Below, piece by piece: positions 1 through 10,426 of a stretch of 35,691 bases of DNA. The notes beneath the pieces were generated by a model. The model saw nothing but the letters and a program-made list of their open reading frames with translations. It searched no databases and was not told the DNA's origin. The translations under genes and the position numbers were made by a program. The stretch's first letter is position 1. Every line of letters begins with the position of its first letter. Source of the DNA: an uncultured Nitrososphaeraceae archaeon (GTDB lineage: Archaea; Thermoproteota; Nitrososphaeria; Nitrososphaerales; Nitrososphaeraceae); NCBI GenBank assembly GCA_963825865.1, contig CAWGVG010000011.1, positions 1 through 35,691 of the forward strand. The letters are read 5' to 3'.

Positions 1-103
1 TTGTTATACTGGTTATAATAATCTGTATCGGAGAGTCATAGTAATTCCTCCAATAACATAAAAAATAATAATAATAATATATCTATCTTCCAAGTAGTAA
101 AGG

Positions 104-1379
104 TTGCTTGAATACGAAGAAGATGCTATCAATCTTCATAGAATGTTGAAAGGCAAGATCGAAATTCAAAGCAGAATTTCCTTAGAAAATCTCTTTGAAG
201 AAGAAAAAGGAACTCTTGGTTTGATTTATACTCCTGGAGTAGCATATGTTTCAAGAGAAATAAGCGACAATAAAGAATTAGCATACGATTATACATCAAA
301 ATGGAATAATGTTGCTATCGTCTGTGATGGGACAAGAGTGCTTGGTTTGGGAAATGTGGGGCCAGAGGCTCACTTCCTGTTATAGAAGGAAAGGCTGTTT
401 TATTCAAAATATTAGGTGGCATCAATGCTTTTCCACTCTGTATATCCACCCAGAACAAGGAAGAAATAATTCGATTTGTTAAAGAAATTGAACCAGTATT
501 TGGAGCCATAAACATAGAAGACATAGAGTCGCCTAAGGTATTGGAAATAGTAGAAGGGTTGCAAGAGAACTATCTATTCCAATTTTTCATGATGATCAAC
601 ATGGAACTGCTGTTATCACTTTGGCAGCATTGATAAATGCCCTCAGAATAGTAGGCAAGAAAATAGACGCAATAAAGTTGGTAATAGCAGGAGCGGGCTC
701 AGCAGGATACGGTATAGTCAAGATTTTACATGAGGCAGGGTGTCAGGATATTGTTGTGACAGATAGCGAAGGAGTATTGTCAAGGAATTGACAGATTTAA
801 TAACAGCAATGATGGTGTTGAAATCAAGAACCGATACAAAATGGAAATAAAAAAACCAATCCGAGGAAATTAACTGGAAACCTAGAGCATGTAATTGAAG
901 GAGCAGATGTATTTATCGGTGTATCTGGAAAAGCTGGATATTAAATACTCAAATGATACAATCAATGAATCACGATGCAATAGTATTTGCACTGAGCAAC
1001 CCGGACCCTGAAATACTTCCCCCAGATGCATTGCAAGGTAGAGCAAGAATTGTAGCCACGGGTAGATCCGATTTTCCAAATCAAATCAATAATGCTGTAG
1101 TATTTCCATCTGTTCTTAGGGTTTTGCTTGATGTAAGAGCAAAAAGGTTGAGAAGATATGCTCGTATCTGTTGCAAATGCTATTGCATCGATAGTTGAGG
1201 AAACTCATTTGAAAGAAGATTATATAATTCCTAAGGTAAATAATCCTAGAATTCTTCCAATTGTCACACAAACATTGAAAGATGCAATTAAAAGTGGTGC
1301 TAGACAGGACAGTGGGATTAAGCAGCTAGTAACTTTAGTTATTCATATGAAGTTTGTTGATAATGTAACTAGTACCTAA
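104..1379 (+). pseudogene. NAD(P)-dependent malic enzyme, multiply frameshifted
   Basis: Family motifs lie in different frames: LIYTPGVA, DGTRVLGLGNVGP, PVIEGKAVLFK, INIEDIESP, FHDDQHGT, GAGSAG, FALSNPDPEI, ATGRSDFPNQINN. There are at least 5 frame breaks, several of them deletions (about 368 and 565). It could be a real pseudogene or an error. Confidence 0.85.
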
Positions 1380-1470
1380 TACCGCTAAGCCTGGTCCTGG
1401 AAAGCCCGCAATAAGGGTGGGAGAAGTTAGTCTTTTCTTTCCTTGCACAACTTTTGTCAATGGTTTAAAC
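1335..1470 (-). pseudogene. N-terminal remnant of a PAC2-family proteasome assembly chaperone
   Basis: The minus strand reads KRLTSPTLIAGFPGPGLAVLGTSYIINKLHMNN*, matching the PAC2 'LIAGFPGxGLVG' start. It is truncated immediately after. Confidence 0.7.
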
Positions 1471-1696
1471 CTAGTCTTTCCTTCTTAGGAATACCATCAT
1501 CTATATCAATATGAGTAACAGCAACAGTTTGTTTTGTGTTCTAGTTATGGTTTGTGAACAAAGAACTGGATTAATTAATTAATTGAGGCTGGGGCATAAT
1601 TGCCTGCTTATATTTTTACCAATATCTATTGATGGTTTTGAATAAAGCTTATCTTCAGATGTTTGGTGTTTTGGTGAAATACAGTAAAACAATCCC

Positions 1697-2300
1697 AAAG
1701 ACTAGCCTCAGGATATGTATCAGAATCTATCCTAATTAGCATCTTGTATATGATAAGATTGATCCATGGCCTAAATCACAACATAAGAAGAGAGGCAGAC
1801 CTTATGTTTACTCTCCTACTGTAATACTGAGATGTTTTATAGTCCGAATATGGTTAAGACTGGAATCCAACAGGGCGTTACATGATTACCTTGCAATGGA
1901 TTATCCGTATAATAGGAAGGTGTTAAGGGTTTGTGGATTAACCGAATTACCAGATAGAAGGACATTTGACAGAAGGCTTTCGACAATATCTGTAGACATA
2001 AAAGAAAGGATAAGGTTATGGCGATGTTGTTTGTCAAGGAAAGATTGGTTGATCCTTACATTGTATCTGTAGATAGTCCCGCTTGCTGAAAGCCAAGGGA
2101 CATGTATGGCATAAATCATCTATGATCAAAGGAGTGGTCCCTTCGTTCAGGTATTGACAACATAGATGCCAGATGGGGATTCAGTCATACCAAGAGGTTG
2201 GATATTTGGTTACAGACTACATATGATATCAAGTACCTGGTTCCACTATTCGTACCTTTCACAGATTTTACAACTGCAAATGTTGGCGAAAAGATACCTT
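1697..2300 (+). mobile_element. Degenerate DDE transposase (IS5/IS982-like, DDE_Tnp_1 type) pseudogene
   Basis: Across frames it reads KKRGRPYVYSPTVILRCFIVRIW..., ELPDRRTFDRRL, YIVSVDS..LLKAKG, DARWGFSHTK.WIFGYRLH..., FTTANV. The C-terminal catalytic part is missing and no terminal inverted repeats were identified. Confidence 0.75.
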
Positions 2301-2376
2301 AACTTAACACGACCTAGTCAACTATCGTAAAGACTATAAAGCCTATATGGTCACTTTTTACTGTTGCTGGTTACTA

Positions 2377-2717
2377 ATGAATCAGATACTTTTAACAAAG
2401 GCCAAGAACAGATTTGCCAAGGTAATTGAAATCATAGAACAAGAGAAACACAATTATAAATTTAGGACAGGAACCCTAGGTCAGGATACCTTTAGATGTT
2501 CCGTTGACGTTATATTTTGAGTCACTATGGCTGGACAGGTTATAGTTGTTCCTCAACTGACTATGAGAAAGCAGATTACAAACTAAATGAATTAATTTCC
2601 ACAGAAGAACAGCGCATTATTGCAAGCATAAACGACAGTAGCGAAAGTTATGACGTAGTAATAGAAAGACTAGAGAGATCTGGACGAAACCATTCATTAA
2701 ACTCTGACTCGAAATAA
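2377..2717 (+). CDS. Hypothetical protein with one +1 frameshift near 2515
   Basis: ATG 2377 reads MNQILLTKAKNRFAK...RCSVDVI and joins the ORF ...LSHYGWTGY...NSDSK* if one T is removed. Confidence 0.45.
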
Positions 2718-4144
2718 ATATTCCCCCTGAATGTAATGGCGTCAATACACAATAGAAAACTTATTGCAGCCTTGGCAAAGGAGTTGAAGGCAAAGGATTC
2801 CCAAACAGAAGAACCCAAGGAGGCATATCTATATTCTGTGGTGTCATTACAAGTCTGATTAAGTCTAATAGCTTTTAATCTGTTTATAAGGTCTATTACA
2901 ACGAAGGAACAAAAACAAGTTGATGAGGAACTCTACTACCTACATACAGCAGTATTTCGAGAATCTCTAAAGAGCAGGTTCATTCCAGAAGTCCTTATTA
3001 TAATGTGGAATTAATTTGGAATGATAGTAAGGGTTGGATGGCGCCACCTGAATTTTCTATAGCAATCTACATTTAATACTCTGACAATAAATATTGGGTT
3101 ATTGGCAAACGAAAAATGGTTTAACAAACAACTCGATCCAAATGCCTTCTCTTATCTCTAGAGGAGATTTTTGCAGACTTTGGCCCCCCATACGGAGCCG
3201 CTGATAACAAAATCGTAGCAAATGGCTTTTTCTGGTCTTCATTGGCGATAAATACACTTTTACGAAGTCGTGAATACTCGGACAACCCTACTCAAAAAGA
3301 ATGAGCAATAAAGAAGAAGAAATCACCCAATACAGCTATTTACATAATGAAAGCACTCTGCTGATGTTAGGTTTAATGGTTCTATCATGGGTAAAAGTCA
3401 ATCTTAAGAAAAAGACAGAAAACAGGCACATGCCGTAACCCTACCCATAGAACAACTCAAACTAATAAGACGGAGTGCTGCCCAATTGGAAGCGATTTCC
3501 ACGGAAAGTTATACTCTGATTACATATTAATGTTGGAAGATTTTGTAGAAACTGTAAAGGCCTGTACTCCTACTCCAATAGCGTCATCAAGTCAATAATA
3601 AGTGGTGCAAGCTTAAAGGGTTCTGTATTTCTGTAGTGTCGGAAGCGTATTAATGCTAATTCGCGAGAAAAGTCGCTACACCTTCACTCAAATAAATTTC
3701 TAGAGGCGATCGCGCTCGCTACCTTGCTTAACATATTTGATTATGTAAGCAAGCATTGCTATGTTCTGATGAGTCCATGAACCCTTCTACCAGCAAAGCT
3801 AAATCCCTTCGAGCCCTAGTGAGTCTATTCGTGATGGTTTTGGTTACTTCTCAATGATTAATGATTAAATACAGAATATAGTCAGAGTCATGATAGCAAA
3901 GTTTGCGCGCTAAACAATCGTGATGTTAAACGAGCGCATTTTAGTTTAGCACCTATTGCAGGTCATACACAGGTTCAAGAATTTGTTTTGACAGTATTTG
4001 TTTTGTAGGCGCATTTGATGAGCAGTTGATGAATTATCAAAACAGTCCAAGCTTGCTCATAAATCAATGTAGTGTAGTATGGATATTTCAGATACACATC
4101 TTTCTCAAATTTCTTAATCATTTAATCATATTATTTTTATATTA

Positions 4145-6320
4145 GTGGATATTCTTTTTTTTAGAAACTATACGCAAAACGAAAAGATTAAAATATTTCA
4201 TGGTATTGAAGATGTAATAAATACAGAATTACAATTTTTCTCTAATGCAAATAATAGAATTGATACTTGTATGAATTATACAAGGCCTCAGTTAGCAGTT
4301 GCACTTGACCCAATAAGACATGCATTTGTCCATGCTAAAAATAGAGGTGTAAGGCTAAGGTATCTTACTGAAATTACAACTGAAAATATTTCTTATTGCA
4401 AAGAGCTCCTGTCCACCGTTAGCGAGTTAAGACATTTAGATGGAATAAAAGGGAACTTTATGATAAGTGAATCAGAGTATCTTGCTCCTGCAGTTTTACT
4501 TGAGAAAGGGAAGGTGGCAGCTCAGATCATGTGTAGTAATGTTAAGGAGCTTGTAAAAGAACATGAGTATGTATTTGACACCCTTTGGAGCAAGGCAATT
4601 TCAGCTGAACAGAGAATAAGGGAGATAGAAGAAGGAGTAGAACCCAAAGAAACCAAAGTATTAGAAAATAAAGAGCAAATTTTCAATCATATGAAGTCAG
4701 TTATTGGTAATGCCTCTGAACGATCAGTTTGTTCTTCAATCGGCGCAATGCAATTAGTCTATAACAACTTCTTTGATGAATATAAAAAAATAATAGATAA
4801 ATATAGAAGAGATGGAAAAGGCAAAGGCATAAGATGGATTACTTCTATTATAGACAAAGATAGTATAGATTTAGTTAAAATATTCCTGAATGCAGGAATA
4901 CAGGTAAGACATGTAAAGAGTTTAACACCGATGAATTTTGCAGTTGATAACAAACACTTCTATGCTACTATAGAAAAGATGGAGGAAGGCAAAATGATGG
5001 AAAGTCTTTTGATCAGTAATGAACCTGCTTACGTCAAGCATTATAATTCTATACTCGAAGAATTATGGAAAAATGGGATTGATGCTGCAGATAGGATAAG
5101 AGAGATAGAAGAAGGAGTCGACTTGGCTGATATTGAAGTTATTCCAAGCTCAAAGAGGGCACAGGAAATGTATTTGAATATCGTAAGATTAGCCGCAAAA
5201 GAAATATTATGGATATTTCCAACCACCAATGCTTTTATTCGTCAAGATACGATTGGAGCCATACAATTAGCAAAAGAGGCAGCTAAAGAAAGAAATGTAA
5301 AAGTTAGAATATTGGTGCCTGCAAACAGCTTAATTGAACAAAAAGTACAGCAACTAAAAGAATATGGTCGTGACGGTGTAGTAATAGATGTTAGGTATAT
5401 CGAGCAAATGACGGAGACCAAAGCCACAATTCTAGTAGTTGACAGAAAGGATTCTTTGGTGATGGAATTAAGAGATGACTCAAAAACAACCTTCTTTGAA
5501 GCAATAGGATTGTCAACTTACTCTAATAGCAGGGCAGGTGTCTTATCCTATATTGCAATATTTGAGAACCTTTGGGTACAATCTGATTTGTATGAACAAC
5601 TAAAAACTAATGATAAGATGCAAAAAGAGTTCATTAACGTAGCAGCCCACGAATTAAGAACTCCTGTACAACCTATACTAGGATTATCTGAGGTTCTTCT
5701 TTCTAAAAAAGGAGATATTGAGCAGTACAGGGAATTACTAGATGCTATTATGAGAAATGCAAAAAGATTGCAAAAGCTTACTGAAGATATTTTAGATGTC
5801 ACAAAAATAGAAAGCCAACAATCACTTCATCTGAAAAAGCAAAGAATTAATCTAAATGAAGTAATGCTTGTCGTTATCGCGGAATATGCAAGCCAAATTA
5901 AAAAAGTAAACAATGTAAATCTTAGTTTTAAATCGAAAGATGATGATATCTTTTGTAGAGGCTGATAGATTAAGATTATCCCAAGTTTTTCACAATATTT
6001 TAAGCAACGCAATCAAGTTTACTGCAGAAGGTAATATCACTATTGCCATACAAAGAAATGAAGAGAGTGGTCGTGATCATAATAATAATAATAATAATGA
6101 TCAGGTTATAGTCAGTATTAAAGATACAGGGACAGGAATAGATCCTGAAGTATATCCAAGATTGTTTACAAAGTTTGCTACAAAATCCATTACAGGTACC
6201 GGCTTAGGGTTGTTTATATCCAAAAGTATTATTGAAGCTCATGGTGGAAGAATATGGGCTGAAAATAATGCTGATGGAAATGGATCTACATTTTACTTTA
6301 GCCTACCGTTAATCAAATAG
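4145..6320 (+). CDS. Soluble sensor histidine kinase with repeated N-terminal PLD/TrmB-C-like domains; +1 frameshift near 5950
   Basis: H-box EFINVAAHELRTPVQP in 4145..5965. N-box QVFHNILSNAIKF, G1 DTGTGI and G2 GTGLGLFISKSIIEAHGG in 5940..6320. An extra T lies in 'atcttttgta'. The start codon is uncertain. Confidence 0.9.
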
Positions 6321-6377
6321 ACATAACACAGATTAACTAAAGTCTAACTTTTTCGTTTTATAAATTCAAATTGTAAC

Positions 6378-6575
6378 GTGGATTTCAATATTATATTATT
6401 TAATTATTTTTCAGATCGTAGAGACGATGAACATAATAAACCATTGCTAAACCAAGTCAACTATGCTCTATTGCACCTACATCTATCAGGCAAACATGAA
6501 GCCAAACCAAGCCACGAAGAACTAAAGAATTGGCTGCATAGTGGTCAAGTAGATGTAATTAGAATGAACAAGTAA
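6378..6575 (+). CDS. Small hypothetical protein or gene fragment
   Basis: The C-terminal half is protein-like (NYALLHLHLSGKHEAKPSHEELKNWL) and the N-terminus is doubtful. Confidence 0.3.
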   Translation: MDFNIILFNYFSDRRDDEHNKPLLNQVNYALLHLHLSGKHEAKPSHEELKNWLHSGQVDVIRMNK

Positions 6576-6835
6576 TAAGCAAACAAACAAAAGGATGATG
6601 ACGTAACTTTTTATTTTTCAATTATATTTTTCTTTTACCTTTTCTTAATTACGCATAGCTACGCGCAATCTGTACATTAAATGAAGAATTAGGAGAAGAC
6701 GTTATTCTTATTGAAAGGGCAGAATACATGTAATAATACATTAGCGCAATATTGTAAGTTCAATAAATGATGTAATTTAAGTCCCTTGTAAGGCCTCTTA
6801 TGTTTGCCATTACTTCTTCTTGATATATTGGCATA

Positions 6836-8740
6836 TTGTATTTATATTTAAGAAAATCACATTCATATATTACGGAAGCCTACACAGAACCCGCAAGAAC
6901 AGATATAATACATGGTATTGATAATGTAGTAAATACTGTATCACAGTTTATCTCCAATACGAAATATAAAATTGATGTCTGTGTAGATTACACACGGCCA
7001 TATTTAGCTATAGAAATTAATCAGTTGAGAGATGCTTTTCTTGATGCAAAAAAAAGAGGTATAAAAATAAGATATCTTACTGAGATTACAAAAGATAACC
7101 TTCGCTATTGCAAGGAACTAATGCCCCTAGTTGATGAACTCCGGCACCTGAACGGTATCAAAGGGAGTTTTTACATAAGCGAACAAGAGTATGCAGCACC
7201 TGCTACATATCATGAAAAAGGAAAGTCTGCAGATATGATGATTCATAGCACAGTTAGGGAAATAGTAGAGCATCAGCAATATGTATTTGATACAATTTGG
7301 AACACATCTACCTCTGCAGAAAGAAAAATAAAAGAAATTGAAAGTGAAGGTGGTGTTAGTTTTGGTATAACAGAAATTATTGACCATCCCTTAAAGACCC
7401 AAGAATTATTTATTAATCTAATAAAATCGGCCAAATTTGAGGTATTGCTAGTTCTACCCACAGTTAATGCATTTATGCGGGAATATAGAATTGGTGCAAT
7501 ACAGATACTCGAAGAACTATCCACAAGTGCTACCCAAAGAGGAACACCATCTAAAGAGAATTTACAAGAACAAGGAGGGAGAAGAGCAGAGATGAATATT
7601 AGGATTTTAACCCCCACTAATGATGATATTGATAAAATAATTAATAATTTGAATTTAACAACAACATCGTCAAGGCTATCAGAAGGAGGAGAAGGGAAGT
7701 TGTCTAACAAAGCAAATAATTCCATTCTTCAAATAAGACATTTAGAATCCTTACCAAAGTATAACGTAACTACAGTAACAATATTGGTAGTCGATAGAAA
7801 AGCATCGTTAGTTATGGAAAAGGTAGATGATTCCAAAGAAACTTTTGTAGAAGCAGTAGGATTATCGACCTATTCTACAAGCGAGCCAACAATAATGTCT
7901 TATGTATCAATATTTGAGAACTTTTGGAATCAGATTGAATTATACGAAGAATTAAAAGAATCAAAGGAAAAACTTGAAGAAACAAATGAACAGTTAAAAG
8001 AACATGAAAAAATGCAAAGAGAGTTTATCAATATTGCAAGCTCATGAACTTAGAACACCGACTACAGGCTATCTTAGGATATGCGGACGATATTACGAGG
8101 CGGAATCCTGAAAGAAGAGACGAAATGATTAATCCCAATCAGAAAGAAATGCTGTTAGACTTCAAAGCCTTACAAATAATATATTGGATGTTTCAAGAAT
8201 CGAGAGCCAAACTTTAAAGCTAAACAAGGAGAAGTTTAACATTAACGAAAAGATAAGAAATGTTGTAGAGGATATAAAGTCAAGAGCAGATGGAATAGAG
8301 ATAGCTTTTGCTGATCCAAAAGTGGATCCTATAGTTGTAGAAGCAGATAAAATTAGAATTTATGAGGTTATTTCAAATCTGTTGACTAATGCCATTAAAT
8401 TTACACGTAAAAGTGATAGTAGATAGTGGCGATGGTATCAGACACTATAACAGTCTTTACAGCCATAAAGTCCAACCAAGCCGATAAGAAAGGTAGTAGT
8501 AGTAATAGTGGTGTTGAAGAGGAGGTTATTATTAGTATAAGAGATAGAGGAACGGGTATTGACCCTAATATACAGGATAAATTGTTTTCCAAATTTGTTA
8601 CTAAATCTGAGACAGGACAGGATTAGGGTTGTATATTTCCAAAGGCATTGTGGAAGCTCATGGTGGAAGAATATGGGCGCAAAATAATACTGATGGTAAA
8701 GGAGCAACATTTTCACTTTAGCCTACCGTTAAGCAAATAA
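6836..8740 (+). CDS. Second soluble sensor histidine kinase, paralogue of 4145..6320, with several frameshifts between about 8040 and 8720
   Basis: It has the [16 protein letters not shown]...LRHLNGIKG sensor repeat, [41 protein letters not shown] and [16 protein letters not shown]. Stop TAA at 8738-8740. Confidence 0.85.
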
Positions 8741-8825
8741 ATGTATTATAGTGAATGAGTCGTAACAAACTCAAAAATGCAACAGTCTTTCGAACATTTA
8801 TAGTTTCAAAAGCAGTTATAATATC

Positions 8826-9282
8826 ATGAAATGGATAACAAGAGAACATGCAAAAGTTGACAGAATTGCCTGTCCTTGGCTTATAAAAAATTTCATTGAT
8901 GAGGATGCAGAATTTCTTTTTGCTGCCTGCACATAAGGTAATTGAAATATCCAAAGAACAAAATGCCATACCTTTTGACATACCAAACATTGAGTTAGGC
9001 CACCATGGAGAAGAGTGTTCTTTTGAAGCCATTTTAAGAAAATATGAATTGGATAAAAAGGATCCTGCACTTCTTGAATTGGCAAAGATTGTAAGGGGAG
9101 CAGACACACCCAATAGGAGTTTAACTCCTTACTCTGAAGGCCTAGCTGCATTGGCTAGTGGTTTTAGCATCATTGCAAAAGACGATTATGATAATATGGA
9201 AAAACAATTCTATGTATATGATGCACTTTATGCATTTTGTAAATCGGATAATAAAGAAAAATTGTTGACCTCTAGACATTAG
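8826..9282 (+). CDS. chrB: Chromate-resistance ChrB-domain protein; +1 frameshift near 8920
   Basis: ATG 8826 reads MKWITREHAKVDRIACPWLIKNFIDEDAEF, continuing ...AIPFDIPNIELGHHGEECSFEAIL...IVRGADT...YDALY. Confidence 0.85.
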
Positions 9283-9322
9283 TAGCCGTGTTGATAGTGA
9301 GTAGAATATACTACTAACTTAC

Positions 9323-9469
9323 TCACGCAGGTGACTGACGGCCTTCCTGACCGTGATCCATCTTCTTATGTGACTTTAATGTTTCAGCATTGTCAAAAAT
9401 CCTACCGCATACGCTACAGCGATATTCTTTAGAAGAAGAACGCTTGGGATTTGAAGATGCAGCAGCCAT
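9323..9469 (-). CDS. 48-aa C2H2 zinc-finger microprotein (not in the ORF track)
   Basis: MAAASSNPKRSSSKEYRCSVCGRIFDNAETLKSHKKMDHGQEGRQSPA*, a canonical Y-x-C-x2-C-x3-F-x5-L-x2-H-x4-H finger. Confidence 0.8.
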   Translation of the reverse strand: MAAASSNPKRSSSKEYRCSVCGRIFDNAETLKSHKKMDHGQEGRQSPA

Positions 9470-9603
9470 TTTTAATCATCTTTAATATGTGCAAGGTGTG
9501 ATTAAGAATTAATCTACCTAAAGCGGCACGCAAAATATTTCAAATAGATAAAAAGGCCTTCTTATTCAAGAATAGATATATTGCATTACAGTAACATATA
9601 GAC

Positions 9604-10113
9604 ATGGCTCAAACGCTTTGCATCAAATGTGGTTCAGAGACCAAAGTATCTTCATATTGTCACCTTTGCAAAGAGCCTTTAATTTTTGCATGCTCTTCTT
9701 GTGATTATATTACTGAAGAAAAAGTTCATAGTGATTGCAGGAATGCGGAAGTGTTAGCCAAAAAAGAGACGAGAGAAGAACCCGCTACTGTTGATACTAC
9801 AACAGCACCACCACATACAACAAGGAGTAATGTTGATAAACCAAAAGAAGAAGAAACGGTTAAAGCAGAGCCAAGTTCTGCACCATCTTATATGACAAGG
9901 GAGCAAGATAATAAAAAATTCAACAATCCATTTATTGTAGGCACAGCAGTTTGGCAAACTTCAATGAAATATTGGCTTGATGCTTATGGAGAATTCCTTA
10001 AAAATGCGCCAAAAATGGCTGAAGATTGGTATGATACATTTTGGAAGCCTTGGCTAAATTGGACACCGCAACAAGAGCGACAACAATACAGAGACAAAGT
10101 GAATATAGAGTGA
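9604..10113 (+). CDS. Hypothetical protein: N-terminal Cys-rich zinc-ribbon domain, low-complexity linker, Trp-rich C-terminal helices
   Basis: CIKC, CHLC, CSSC and HSDC motifs, and C-terminal WQTSMKYWLDAYGEFLK...DWYDTFWKPWLNW. ATG start with a TATA-like element upstream. Confidence 0.75.
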   Translation: MAQTLCIKCGSETKVSSYCHLCKEPLIFACSSCDYITEEKVHSDCRNAEVLAKKETREEPATVDTTTAPPHTTRSNVDKPKEEETVKAEPSSAPSYMTREQDNKKFNNPFIVGTAVWQTSMKYWLDAYGEFLKNAPKMAEDWYDTFWKPWLNWTPQQERQQYRDKVNIE

Positions 10114-10234
10114 TAATATAAAAATAAATCTTTGGTAGAATTTCATCTCAATTGGAAACCCCTAATCGCCATAAATATCAACTTCATGCTAATATTGTGA
10201 AGTTTATATAATACTGTCTACAGTATAAATAATA

Positions 10235-10426
10235 TTGACACGATGCGGTAAATGTAATAGTGGAATAAATTCTACATATATAAGAGAAGGGGAAAGAGGA
10301 ATATGGAAGAAAATAGGTTATTACTGTCCTAATTGTGATCTTTACTATGACAGGACATTCATACCATATGCTAAGAGTAAGATGGTTAATACCACTAGAA
10401 AGAGGATGGTCTTAAATGCGAGTTAA
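10235..10426 (+). CDS. Small zinc-ribbon protein
   Basis: CGKC ... CPNC pairs. TTTATATA lies about 30 nt upstream of the TTG start, and the ORF overlaps the next ATG. Confidence 0.55.
   Translation: MTRCGKCNSGINSTYIREGERGIWKKIGYYCPNCDLYYDRTFIPYAKSKMVNTTRKRMVLNAS

Noticed and set aside
3766-3790. CTGATGAGTCC resembling a hammerhead ribozyme core
   Set aside because: No complementary GGAC followed by GAAA, so stem II and the core cannot form.
3655-3890. AGAATATAGTC and AATTCGCGAGAAA resembling group I intron S and P elements
   Set aside because: No GACTA 5' strand for P7 and no host gene. The similarity is too weak.
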